Both the position numbers and the translations under genes were made by a program. Positions 20,654 through 30,093 of a DNA stretch of 64,000 nt are shown in pieces. How positions within the stretch are numbered: position 1 is the first letter of the stretch; each line of letters begins with the position of its first letter. Source of the DNA: an uncultured Mycobacteriaceae bacterium (GTDB lineage: Bacteria; Pseudomonadota; Alphaproteobacteria; DSM-16000; Inquilinaceae); NCBI GenBank assembly GCA_964613585.1, contig CAZTHL010000008.1, positions 8,874 to 72,873 on the forward strand. Direction: 5' to 3'. Below the pieces are notes generated by a model. It was not told the origin of the DNA and made no database searches. It saw only the letters and a list, made by a program, of their open reading frames with translations.

Positions 20654-21384
20654 GACAGGAGAGCAATCGTATAGTGAACACCCGAAGGATGGCTTTGTTG
20701 CCGGCGTGCGGCATCGGGCACCGCTCGTCCGGATCCCGGGGCATCCCCGGGATCCTGTCTGTCGACCAGCCCTCCATCACAGGCGGCCCACCGCGCGGCC
20801 GCTTCGTCCTTTTGGCCTTGGACCCCGCGCGCCAATGGCCGGCGGAGCCGAGCCTGGAGGACGAAGAGGTCGCGCGGGACCCGCCGCATCGCCTCGAGCC
20901 CACGCTCGTCCCCAATGCCCCGGGCCGCCAGCTGCCGGTCCACCGTGCGGGCGCGCTCCCCGGCCCCGGCATCGTTGCGATCGTGCAAGGGGCCGACAGG
21001 GCCATCGCCGTCACGCCGGGCTGCCTCGGGATCCGCCGTCCGCTTGCAGTGCGCAACGGCCATGCCCGGGAACCGGCGAGGCCCGGGACGAATTCCAAGG
21101 CAACCGGCCTCACCACAGGCATCGCCGGCGGCGCCACGCCCTCGGCCGGCGTCGACAGGACGTGGCCCGGTGACGAGCGAGCCCGGAGGAGCGGCCTTGC
21201 CGAACAGCCGCCCGAGCCGTGGGGAAGCCGTCCGCCGGCTCCTCGAAGCCGTGGCAAGCCGGCCGGTGACGGCGCCGATCCTCCGCGGCGCGCCGTGCGC
21301 CGGCAGGCGCCGCGTGCCTGCCGCTCCGCGCCGCGGTCGCCCGGGCTTGCGCCGCCGCCCGGCAAGGCCCACACCATCCGGGTC

Positions 21385-22338
21385 ATGAGCACCGGCTCCA
21401 GCGATCCGCACGGCCTTCCCGATCCCGCCGCGGCCAGCGACATCCGCCCCGGCTGGATCGACCGCTTCGCCCCCCGGCCGGCCCGGCCCTACCTCACCCT
21501 CATGCGGCTCGACCGGCCGATCGGCACCTGGCTGCTGCTGTTCCCGTGCTGGTGGGGCATGGCGCTTGCCCCCTCGGCCGGCATGGCGCCGGCGGAGATC
21601 CTGCGCCTCGCCCTGCTGTTCGCCGTCGGCGCGGTGGTCATGCGCGGCGCCGGCTGCGTCATAAACGACCTGTTCGACCGGGACATCGACCTCCGGGTCG
21701 CGCGCACCCGCACCCGGCCGATCGCCAGCGGCGCGGTCGACGTCCGCTCGGCGGTGGTCTTCCTGGCCTTCCTGCTGACGGCCGGGCTGCTGGTGCTGGT
21801 GCAGTTCAACGCGACGACCATCCTGCTCGGCGCCGCCTCGCTGCTTCTGGTCGTGCCCTATCCGCTGATGAAGCGGATCACCTGGTGGCCGCAGGCGTTC
21901 CTCGGCCTGACCTTCAACTGGGGCGCCCTGGTGGGCTGGACCGCGGTGACCGGGGCATTGGCGCCGCCGGCGGTCGCGCTCTACGCCGCCGGGGTGTTCT
22001 GGACGCTTGCCTACGACACCATCTACGCGCACCAGGACAAGGCCGACGACGCGCTCATCGGCGTCAAGTCGACGGCGCGGCGGCTCGGCACGGCAAGCAA
22101 GCTATGGATCACCGGCTTCTACACGGCCATGGGCGTGCTGCTGGTGGCGGCCGGATCGCTCGCCGGCCTGCACGTCGCCTTCCTCCTCGGCGTCGGAGCC
22201 GGCCTCGGCCTTGCCGCCAGCCACGTGCGCAGCTGGGATCCGGACGACCCGGCCAGCTGCCTTGCCCGCTTCAAGGCGCAGAAATGGATCGCGCTGCTGA
22301 TCCTGAGCGGACTGGCGCTCGGACGTGCCGCCGCCTGA
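21385..22338 (+). CDS. ubiA: 4-hydroxybenzoate polyprenyltransferase
   Basis: ATG at 21385 within ORF 20641..22338. LMRLDRPIGTWLL and NDLFDRDIDLRVARTRTRP (NDxxDxxxD) motifs. 317 aa. Confidence 0.9.
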   Translation: MSTGSSDPHGLPDPAAASDIRPGWIDRFAPRPARPYLTLMRLDRPIGTWLLLFPCWWGMALAPSAGMAPAEILRLALLFAVGAVVMRGAGCVINDLFDRDIDLRVARTRTRPIASGAVDVRSAVVFLAFLLTAGLLVLVQFNATTILLGAASLLLVVPYPLMKRITWWPQAFLGLTFNWGALVGWTAVTGALAPPAVALYAAGVFWTLAYDTIYAHQDKADDALIGVKSTARRLGTASKLWITGFYTAMGVLLVAAGSLAGLHVAFLLGVGAGLGLAASHVRSWDPDDPASCLARFKAQKWIALLILSGLALGRAAA

Positions 22339-22987
22339 TCCGGCGGCCGCGCGCGCCTTCGTCATCGCGCAGACCATAGTCGCGGCGCCGCCGCTGGTGC
22401 CGGAGCTGCGCCTCAGCCTCGCCACCGAGGTCACGCCGCTGTGGCAGGCGACCGAGCAGACGCTCGCGGCGCACGGCCTGCCGCCGCCGTTCTGGGCGTT
22501 CGCCTGGGCCGGCGGGCAGGCGCTGGCGCGCCATCTGCTCGACACGCCCGGCCTTGCCGCCGGCCGCCGGGTGCTCGACTTCGCCGCCGGGTCCGGCATC
22601 GCCGGCCTTGCCGCGGCCCGAGCCGGCGCAGCGCTGGTGACCGCCAGCGAGATCGACGCCTTCGCCATCGCCGCGCTCAGCCTGAACGCGGAGCACAACG
22701 GCCTGCCGCTGGAGACGGTGGAGCGCGACCTGGTCGGCGCGCCGCTCACCGACATCGACCTCGTGTTGGGCGGCGACGTCTGCTACGAGCAGCCCATGGC
22801 CGGACGGGTCACGGCGTGGCTCGGCGACCTTGCCCGCGCCGGGGTCGAGGTGCTGCTGGGCGATCCGGGCCGCAGCTACCTGCCTTCCGAGCGCCTCGTG
22901 CCGCTCGCCCGGTACCGGGTGCCGACCAGCCGCGAGCTGGAGGACACCGAGCAGCGCGACACCACCGTCTGGCGGCTCATGCCGTGA
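22325..22987 (+). CDS. Class I SAM-dependent methyltransferase (PrmA/nicotinamide-N-methylase-like)
   Basis: VLDFAAGSGIAGLAAARAGA motif I. GTG start overlaps the ubiA end by 14 nt. Confidence 0.65.
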   Translation: MPPPDPAAARAFVIAQTIVAAPPLVPELRLSLATEVTPLWQATEQTLAAHGLPPPFWAFAWAGGQALARHLLDTPGLAAGRRVLDFAAGSGIAGLAAARAGAALVTASEIDAFAIAALSLNAEHNGLPLETVERDLVGAPLTDIDLVLGGDVCYEQPMAGRVTAWLGDLARAGVEVLLGDPGRSYLPSERLVPLARYRVPTSRELEDTEQRDTTVWRLMP

Positions 22988-22992
22988 CGGAG

Positions 22993-23160
22993 CCCGTCAG
23001 GGCGTTTCCGACTCAACCCGTCAGGGCGTTTCCGACTCAAGAGGCATCCTCAAGAGGCATCGCCGGCCCCCTCCCCCCGGCCACCCGACGCCGTCATGCT
23101 CAGGCTGGCCGGGCGGGACCGCGCGCCGGTACCGATGTCGCGTCGGGCGGAAACGCTCTC
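22993..23160 (-). repeat. MITE/REP-like repeat, copy E (with internal 24-bp and 13-bp tandem duplications)
   Basis: CCCGTCAGGGCGTTTCCGACTCAA x2 (22993-23040), TCAAGAGGCATC(C/G) x2 (23037-23062), then the standard core to GGCGGAAACGCTCTC. Confidence 0.8.
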
Positions 23161-23883
23161 GACGGACCCGGGATCGTCACGGCCGATGGCCCACCGCGCA
23201 AGGCGGCGGACATGCGCCTCGCGCACCGCCGCGTCGTCAATCAGCTCGAGCAGGAAATCCTCAAGCGCCCGCTTCGGCGCCAGCAGGTCGCGCGCCCGGG
23301 CCAGGGCCTCGGCCTGGCGGACGCCCGGCCGGGCGCGCCCCTCGGCCGGCACCGCGGCCAACGGGAGGGGCGCGCCGTCCGGCGCCAGCGCGCCGTGGCG
23401 GCCACGATAGACAAGCACGGCATGGTCGAGAGGGGCGCCGTCGCCGAGCCGGAGGTCGAGCCTGTCCGGCTCGCCATAGCGGTAATTGCGCGCGCCCTCG
23501 GTCTCGTGCATGCGCTCGAGCTGCGTCTCGGTCAACCAGGTCACGGCAACCTCCACGCGGGTCCCGGGCGCCGGGCAGAGCACCGCCGGCAGGCTGCCAT
23601 AGCGGGCGAAATGCGCGGCATGGACCACGTCGTGGCCGGCCAGCCGGGCGGCCGTCACCGGGATCTCGGTGCCCTTGGGCCAACCGGCATACTTTCGGGC
23701 AAGCTGCTCCGGCGAGCGGTTGGAGCCGATCGCCAGCACCGGCACGCGCCCGGCCGTCTCCAGCCGCTCGAGCGGCATGGCCGCCCCGTCGCGATACAGG
23801 AACGAGCCTGCGGGGATGGCGTAGGGATAGCCCAGGGCCAGCGCCAAGCGTCCGGCCGGATCCTCGGGCAGGGCCCAGGCCAC
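23050..23883 (-). CDS. Conserved-looking hypothetical protein, downstream of mepA
   Basis: Coding-like ORF (VPVLAIGSNRSPEQLARKY...HETEGARNYRYGEPD). GTG at 23883 lies 7 nt after the mepA stop, and later ATGs are possible. The last ~37 codons lie inside repeat copy E. Confidence 0.5.
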   Translation of the reverse strand: MAWALPEDPAGRLALALGYPYAIPAGSFLYRDGAAMPLERLETAGRVPVLAIGSNRSPEQLARKYAGWPKGTEIPVTAARLAGHDVVHAAHFARYGSLPAVLCPAPGTRVEVAVTWLTETQLERMHETEGARNYRYGEPDRLDLRLGDGAPLDHAVLVYRGRHGALAPDGAPLPLAAVPAEGRARPGVRQAEALARARDLLAPKRALEDFLLELIDDAAVREAHVRRLARWAIGRDDPGSVESVSARRDIGTGARSRPASLSMTASGGRGEGAGDAS

Positions 23884-23890
23884 GGCGGGG

Positions 23891-24733
23891 TCAACCGGCT
23901 CCGGCGCCCAGGATCGCGTGGCAGCTGGCCGGCAGCACCTTCGGCGGCCGCGCCACGGGCGGCGCCGGGCGCCCGGGCGCGGGCGGCGGCGGCTCGAGCC
24001 AAGCGGCCAGCTCGGCGCCGCAGCCGTCGCCGGGCGGCGGCGGGTCCTGGGGCCGGCATTCGGGGCTGTCGGGCGGGCAGCCCAGGCGCACATGAAAGTG
24101 GCCGTCATGGCCGCGCCAGGGCCGGATCGTGCGCAACCAGGCGCGGTCGGCCCAGTCCCGCCGGCACAGGTCGCGCTTGATCGCCGGATGAACGAAGATG
24201 CGGGCCACCCGCGGATCGGACGCCGCCAGACGAACCAACTCGGCCTGGCGCGCGCCCCACACCCCCGGATCGACCCGCCGGGCCGGTCCGTCGACCATGG
24301 ACACGGGCTCAAGCGTCTCGCGCGCCGGGCGCGGCAGGGCCGGCAGGTCCAGCCGATACCAGATGTCGGCGTCCAGGCCGGTCTGGTGGCTGACATGCCC
24401 GTAGCTCATGGGCCCGCCGCGCGGCTGGGCCAGATCGCCGACGGTGGCGATGCCGAGACCCGCCGCCGCCACGCGGGCGCCGAGCTCGCGGAGATAGGCG
24501 ATCAGCTCCGGATGCCCGTAGAAGCGCTGCCGGCTCAGGCGAATCGCCTGGTAGCCGGGCCCCTCCGGCGGCAGCGGCTCGGCCCCGGCGAGGCAGCCGT
24601 TGGCATAGCTGCCGACGCTTGCCGGCCCCCCGGGCGAGGGACCGGCGACCTCGTGCCATGCCGGCGGCTGGCCGTTGGCCGACGCCCACCCGAGACCGGT
24701 CAGGAGCAGCGCGAGCAGAATCAATGACCGCAT
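23891..24733 (-). CDS. mepA: Penicillin-insensitive murein DD-endopeptidase
   Basis: Signal peptide MRSLILLALLLTGLGWASA, plus SHQTGLDADIW and GHDGHFHVRL metal-site motifs. Confidence 0.85.
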   Translation of the reverse strand: MRSLILLALLLTGLGWASANGQPPAWHEVAGPSPGGPASVGSYANGCLAGAEPLPPEGPGYQAIRLSRQRFYGHPELIAYLRELGARVAAAGLGIATVGDLAQPRGGPMSYGHVSHQTGLDADIWYRLDLPALPRPARETLEPVSMVDGPARRVDPGVWGARQAELVRLAASDPRVARIFVHPAIKRDLCRRDWADRAWLRTIRPWRGHDGHFHVRLGCPPDSPECRPQDPPPPGDGCGAELAAWLEPPPPAPGRPAPPVARPPKVLPASCHAILGAGAG

Positions 24734-24899
24734 GCGCCATGGCTTATCGCCGCTTGCCGAGCCGATGCAAGGGGCGGGGCACGGGGCGGGGAGAGGGGCG
24801 AGTCGGTTGATGCGGGGAGGGGCGTTCCGGGCCGGCATCTGAGCATGCCCGGACCCCGCTGCGTCCGGCGAAGCCGCCGGTGGCAGCGGGGTCGGACCG

Positions 24900-25190
24900 T
24901 CAGCCGGCGGCTCGCCCTGGCGCTCCGGCCAGCTCCGCGGCGTGATCGCGGCGGAAGCGCTCCAGCACCGCCCGCCAGCGCGCCAAGCGCGCAGCGTCGT
25001 GATGGCGCTCGGCCGCCTCCATGTCCTCCTCGATCATGCGACCGATCCGTGCGCAGCCGTCCGACCGGCCGAGCAGGGCCACCTCCTCCTCGAGGGCCAC
25101 GATGAACGGGACATGCTCGTGCTCGGCGACCGCCTCCACCTCGTCGGCCGGCAGATTCGCGACTCCGAGGCAATCCGTGATGGTCAACAT
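24900..25190 (-). CDS. Small hypothetical protein (96 aa)
   Basis: ATG at 25190 with a strong GGAGG SD 6 nt upstream and coding-like composition. Family not recognised. Confidence 0.5.
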   Translation of the reverse strand: MLTITDCLGVANLPADEVEAVAEHEHVPFIVALEEEVALLGRSDGCARIGRMIEEDMEAAERHHDAARLARWRAVLERFRRDHAAELAGAPGRAAG

Positions 25191-25393
25191 GGCGCCCTCC
25201 TTTCCGGGAGCCGTTCCTCCGTATGCTTGATGGCGGTCTCCACATCCCGGATTTTGGTATCGCCCCGGAGCTTCGGCCCCGTAGTTTCCACATGGCGCCT
25301 TGTCTTCATGGCGCCTTGTCTTCGCCGCGGCTCGGCGTGCGGCGGCGCACCGCCTCTTGGCGTCGGCATGCCCCCGCCCCAGGGTTACAGGTC

Positions 25394-26677
25394 ATGACCC
25401 CGTCCTCCCCCCGCCCCGGCCCCGACACGGAGCCTCCCGCGCGCCGCGTCCCGCCCATCGCCATCCTGGTCGCGGTATCGGCCCTGGGTCCCCTGGCGCT
25501 GCAGATCGTCATGCCCTCGATGCCCGGCCTGACCGCCGCCTTCGGCACCGACTACGCGACGGTGCAGCTGACCTTGAGCGTCTACATGGGGGGCCTGGCG
25601 GTCAGCCATCTGATCTACGGGCCCCTGTCGGACCGCTACGGCCGGCGGCCGCTGCTGCTGGCCGGCCTCGGCCTGTTCATGGTCGGCACGCTGGTCTGCC
25701 TGCTGGCGCCCACCATCACGGTTCTCATCCTCGGCCGCCTGGTGCAGGCGGTCGGCGCCTGCGCCGGCCTCGTGCTGGCCCGGGCCATCGTACGCGACAT
25801 GTACGACCGTGAGCGGTCGGCGAGCCTGATCGGCTACATCACCATGGCCTTCGTGGTGGCGCCGATGCTGGCGCCGGCGATCGGCGGCTATCTGGACGAG
25901 GTGCTCGGCTGGCGCGCCTCCTTCGCCCTCGTGGGCGTGGTCGGGGCGGCCGTGCTGGCCCTCTCGCTCGGCCTGCTGCACGAGACGAACCACGAGCGGC
26001 AGCCCATGCCCGGGCTCGCCGGCATGGTCGAGAGCTACCGCACCCTGTTCGCCGTGCCGGTCTTCCGGGGCTACGCCGCGCTGACCGCCTTCATCACCGC
26101 CGGCTTCTTCGGGTTCCTCGGCGGGGCGCCGTATGTGATGGTCAGCATCATGGACCGGCCGCCGAGCGAGTACGGTCTCTACTTCATGGTGAACGCGTCC
26201 GGCTACATGCTCGGCAACTACCTGGCCGGCCGCCTGTCGGAAAGGCTCGGCGTCGACCGGATGATCGGCCTCGGCGTCGCCGTCTCGATGCTCGGCGCCG
26301 TCAAGCTGCTGGCCCTGGCGCTGGCCGGCATGGTCGAGCCGATCGCCCTGTTTGCGCCGATGACCGTCCTGGCGATCGGCAACGGGATGGCTTTGCCCAA
26401 CGGCATGGCCGGGGCGGTCAGCGTCAACCCGCGGCTTGCCGGCGCGGCCAGCGGCGTTTCCGGCTGCCTGCAGATGGGCGTCGGCGCACTCAGCGGCATG
26501 GTGGTCGGCGTGCTGGTGCCCGGCGCGGCGAGCCAATTGCCCATGGCCGCGGTCATCTTCGGGATGACCGTCCTGGCCATGCTCAGCTATCTGCTGATCC
26601 GCCGAGCCCAGCGGCCGGCCATAGCCCCGGCCGCGGCCGGCCCCGCCGCGGCGGGACCGGCGGCCGACAGTGCCTAG
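25394..26677 (+). CDS. MFS drug-efflux transporter, Bcr/CflA family
   Basis: ATG at 25394. LTLSVYMGGLAVSHLIYGPLSDRYGRRPLLL signature and about 12 TM segments. Confidence 0.85.
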   Translation: MTPSSPRPGPDTEPPARRVPPIAILVAVSALGPLALQIVMPSMPGLTAAFGTDYATVQLTLSVYMGGLAVSHLIYGPLSDRYGRRPLLLAGLGLFMVGTLVCLLAPTITVLILGRLVQAVGACAGLVLARAIVRDMYDRERSASLIGYITMAFVVAPMLAPAIGGYLDEVLGWRASFALVGVVGAAVLALSLGLLHETNHERQPMPGLAGMVESYRTLFAVPVFRGYAALTAFITAGFFGFLGGAPYVMVSIMDRPPSEYGLYFMVNASGYMLGNYLAGRLSERLGVDRMIGLGVAVSMLGAVKLLALALAGMVEPIALFAPMTVLAIGNGMALPNGMAGAVSVNPRLAGAASGVSGCLQMGVGALSGMVVGVLVPGAASQLPMAAVIFGMTVLAMLSYLLIRRAQRPAIAPAAAGPAAAGPAADSA

Positions 26678-26726
26678 CGCGCCCCCGCCACCGGCGTGGC
26701 GGCACGGACAGGGAGGATCCCGTTCC

Positions 26727-28061
26727 ATGACCAAGCCCTTGGACCTGCTGGCCGATCTCCTCGGCAAGGCGCGCGCCGCCGGCGCCGACGCCGCCGATGC
26801 CGTGCTCGTCGACGAGGCCTCGCTGTCCCTCAGCCAGCGGCTGGGCCAGCCGGAGCGGCTCGAGCGGTCCGAGTCGGGCGACCTGGGCCTGCGGGTCTTC
26901 GTCGGCCGGCGGATGTCCCTGGTATCGACCTCTGACCGAGCCGAGGCGGCGCTCCATGAGCTGGCCGAGCGTGCCGTGGCGATGGCCCGCGTCGTGCCTG
27001 AGGATCCCTACTGCGGCCTCGCCGAGCCCGGCCAGCTGGCGGGGCGATGGGAGGACCTCGACCTCGACGACCCGGCCGAGCCCGAGGCCGAGACCCTGAT
27101 CGACCGGGCCCGCGTGGCCGAGGAGGCCGCGCTCGCGGTCCCGGGGGTCACCAACTCGGAGGGCGCAGAGGCCTCCTGGCATCGAGTCCAGGTGTCGCTG
27201 GCGGCCAGCAACGGGTTCGCCGGCGGCTACTCCATGAGCGGCCGCAGCCTGTCGGTCTCGGTCATCGCCGGCGAGGGCACCGCGATGGAGACCGACTACG
27301 ATTTCTCCACCGCCGTCTACGCCGAGGATCTGGCGGACCCGGCGACCCTGGGCCGGACCGCCGGGGAGAAGGCGGTGGCCCGGCTCGGCGCGCGTAAGAT
27401 CGACAGCGCCCGGGTTCCGGTCATCTACGACCCGCGCGTCTCGCGCAGCCTGCTCGGGCACCTCGCCGGCGCCATCTCCGGCCCGGCCGTGGCGCGTGGG
27501 ACCAGCTTCCTGCGCGACCGGCTGGGCCAGCCCGTGCTCGCCGACGGCCTCACCGTGGTCGACGATCCGCACGTTCGCCGGGGCCGCCGCTCCAAGCCGT
27601 TCGACGGCGAGGGGGTGGCCAACCGCCGCCGGGCCGTGATCGAGGATGGACGCTTGACCACTTGGCTGCTCGACCTGCGCTCGGCCCGCCAGCTCGGGCT
27701 CGCGAGCACCGGCCATGCCGCGAGGGGCACCGGCTCGCCGCCGAGCCCGTCGCCGACAAACCTGTTCCTCAAGCCGGGCAGCGTCAGCCGCGCGGACCTC
27801 ATCGGCTCGGTGGAGCGCGGGCTCTACGTGACCGACCTCATGGGCATGGGGGTCAACGCGGTGACCGGCGACTACAGCCGCGGCGCCAACGGCTTCTGGA
27901 TCGAGAACGGCGCCTTCGCCTATCCTGTGAGCGAGGTGACGGTGGCCGGCAACCTGAAGGACATGTTCCGTCGGCTCGTGCCCGCGGATGATCTGGTGTT
28001 CCGCTATGGCATCGATGCGCCGACCGTGCGGATCGACGACATGACGGTCGCCGGACGATAG
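26727..28061 (+). CDS. pmbA: TldD/PmbA-family metalloprotease (PmbA/TldE)
   Basis: 444 aa from the ATG at 26727 (GGGAGGA SD). Family-typical RGTSFL...DDP...SKPFDGEGV...GDYSRGANGFWIENG. Confidence 0.85.
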   Translation: MTKPLDLLADLLGKARAAGADAADAVLVDEASLSLSQRLGQPERLERSESGDLGLRVFVGRRMSLVSTSDRAEAALHELAERAVAMARVVPEDPYCGLAEPGQLAGRWEDLDLDDPAEPEAETLIDRARVAEEAALAVPGVTNSEGAEASWHRVQVSLAASNGFAGGYSMSGRSLSVSVIAGEGTAMETDYDFSTAVYAEDLADPATLGRTAGEKAVARLGARKIDSARVPVIYDPRVSRSLLGHLAGAISGPAVARGTSFLRDRLGQPVLADGLTVVDDPHVRRGRRSKPFDGEGVANRRRAVIEDGRLTTWLLDLRSARQLGLASTGHAARGTGSPPSPSPTNLFLKPGSVSRADLIGSVERGLYVTDLMGMGVNAVTGDYSRGANGFWIENGAFAYPVSEVTVAGNLKDMFRRLVPADDLVFRYGIDAPTVRIDDMTVAGR

Positions 28062-28215
28062 TCCATGGCCGAGGGATCGCCCGACGACGGCGGGCGGCGG
28101 CTCTTGACCGGCATGCGCGTGGAGTCGCAGCACGGATGCCGATACGGCTGTCTTGGCCGGACGATCCGGCTATAGTCCGCCGCCGGACTGACAGCGCGGC
28201 AGGATTAAGGATCCG

Positions 28216-29052
28216 TTGACCACCGCAAGCGCAACGCACGAGAGCGATAAGTTTGCGCGGCTCGGCTGGCCCCGGCAGCTCTGGGCCGTCGGCGCCGTTC
28301 ACGGCGAGGCGGCGCGCCTGTGCGCGCTGCACGATGCCATCGGCGCGCGCTTCCAGCCCGGCGACCGGCTGGTCTATCTCGGCAACATGATCGGCCGCAG
28401 CGACGAGGTGCCGGCGACGCTGGACGAGCTGCTCGCCTTCCGCCGCGCCCTGCTGGCCATGCCGGGCATGCTGGTCACCGACATCGTGTACCTGCGCGGT
28501 GCCCAGGAGGAGATGTGGCAGAAGCTGCTGCAGCTGCAGTTCGCGCCCAATCCGAAGGAGGTCTTCACCTGGATGCTGGGGCAGGGGCTGGACCGGACGC
28601 TCCGCGCCTACGGCGCCAAGCCCGAGCAGGGCATGGCCGCGGCGCGCGACGGCGCGGTGACGCTGAGCCGCTGGACCGGCTCCCTGCGCGAGGCCATGCG
28701 CGGCCGCCCGGGGCACGTGCCGTTCTACGCCTCGCTCAAGCGGGCCGCCTTCACCGTGCCGGCAGCGGACTCCGACCAGCGGGGCACCTTGTTCGTCTCG
28801 GCCGGCATCGACACCAGCCGCCCGCTCACCGCGCAAGGGGACAGCTTCTGGTGGGGCGGCGGCGGCTTCGAGAGGATCGACCAGCCCTATGAGCCGTTTC
28901 GGCGGGTCGTGCGCGGCTTCGACATCTTGGGCGGAGGCGTCCGAACCAGCGAGCTCACGGCCACGCTCGATGCCGGCTGCGGCCGCGGCGGCCGGCTGGC
29001 GGCCGGCCTGTTCACGCCCGAGGGCGAGATCGTCGAGATCATCGAGGCCTGA
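28216..29052 (+). CDS. Metallophosphoesterase (PPP/ApaH)-like protein with degenerate catalytic motifs
   Basis: TTG start with an AAGGA SD. Motif positions read GAVHG / GNMIGRS / RGAQEE where GDxHG / GDxVDRG / GNHE are expected, at canonical spacing. Confidence 0.6.
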   Translation: MTTASATHESDKFARLGWPRQLWAVGAVHGEAARLCALHDAIGARFQPGDRLVYLGNMIGRSDEVPATLDELLAFRRALLAMPGMLVTDIVYLRGAQEEMWQKLLQLQFAPNPKEVFTWMLGQGLDRTLRAYGAKPEQGMAAARDGAVTLSRWTGSLREAMRGRPGHVPFYASLKRAAFTVPAADSDQRGTLFVSAGIDTSRPLTAQGDSFWWGGGGFERIDQPYEPFRRVVRGFDILGGGVRTSELTATLDAGCGRGGRLAAGLFTPEGEIVEIIEA

Positions 29053-29208
29053 GCCGGCCGGGTGCCGCCTCGAACCGTTTCCTCACCATGAATCACGTTG
29101 TCCGGAGGCCGCAAGTGATCCGCGATCGCAAGGCCTGCGTAAAGGTTTACAGAAAATGGCATTGCGGCGCGGCCGATCCTTCACGGCCACCTCGCGAAGG
29201 GAGTCGAC

Positions 29209-30093
29209 ATGGCGCACATCGACGATCCGGACACGCAGCGGGCGAACCTGAACTACATCAAGGCGTCGATGAAAGCGCCGCTGCTGAGCCGGGAGCATGA
29301 GTTCGATCTCGCCCGGCGCTGGCGCGAGGAGCAGGACGAGGCGGCGATGCACGAGCTTGTGCGTGCCTATGCCCGGCTGGTCATCAGCACCGCGTCACGG
29401 TTCCGCAACTACGGCCTGCCGATGGGCGACCTGGTGCAGGAGGGCAATGTCGGTCTGATGCAGGCGGCGGCGCGCTTCGAGCATGATCGTGATGTGCGCT
29501 TCTCCACTTATGCCGCATGGTGGATCCGCTCGGCCATGCAGGACTATGTGCTGCGCAACTGGTCGATCGTGCGGACCGGCACCACGGCCGCGCAGAAGGC
29601 GCTGTTCTTCAACATGCGGCGGCTGCGCGCCAAGATCGAGGATGTCTCCTCGAACCGGCTCACCGAGGCGGGGCGCGTCTACATCGCCAACGAGCTGAAG
29701 GTCTCGACGACCGACGTCGAGGCGATGGAGCAGCGGCTGGCCGGCAACGACCAGTCCCTGAATGCGCCTCTGACCGAAACCAGCGAGGACAACTGGCAGG
29801 ACTTTCTGCCCGATGCCCGGCCCAATCCGGAGGAGGTAGTGATCGGCCTGCGCGACTCGCGCAGCCGGTCCCGCTGGCTTGCCGAGGCGATCGGCGAGCT
29901 GAGCCCGCGCGAGCAGGTCATCATCCGGCAGCGGCGGCTCCGGGACGAGGGCGTGACACTGGAGGAACTCGGCCGCGAGCTCGGTGTCAGCAAGGAACGG
30001 GTGCGGCAGCTCGAGCATCGGGCGCTGATGAAGCTGCGCGCCTCCATGGAACGTCGTGTCGCCGCGTCCGACGAGTACTTCCTCGAGGGCTGA
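29209..30093 (+). CDS. rpoH: RNA polymerase sigma-32 heat-shock factor
   Basis: Regions 2-4 of sigma-70 plus an RpoH-box-like QKALFFNMRRLRAKI. 294 aa. Confidence 0.93.
   Translation: MAHIDDPDTQRANLNYIKASMKAPLLSREHEFDLARRWREEQDEAAMHELVRAYARLVISTASRFRNYGLPMGDLVQEGNVGLMQAAARFEHDRDVRFSTYAAWWIRSAMQDYVLRNWSIVRTGTTAAQKALFFNMRRLRAKIEDVSSNRLTEAGRVYIANELKVSTTDVEAMEQRLAGNDQSLNAPLTETSEDNWQDFLPDARPNPEEVVIGLRDSRSRSRWLAEAIGELSPREQVIIRQRRLRDEGVTLEELGRELGVSKERVRQLEHRALMKLRASMERRVAASDEYFLEG

Noticed and set aside
20641-21384. The 248-codon N-terminal extension of the ubiA ORF.
   Set aside because: The extension is low-complexity and overlaps the ATPase start. UbiA homology begins at the ATG at 21385, giving a normal 317-aa protein.
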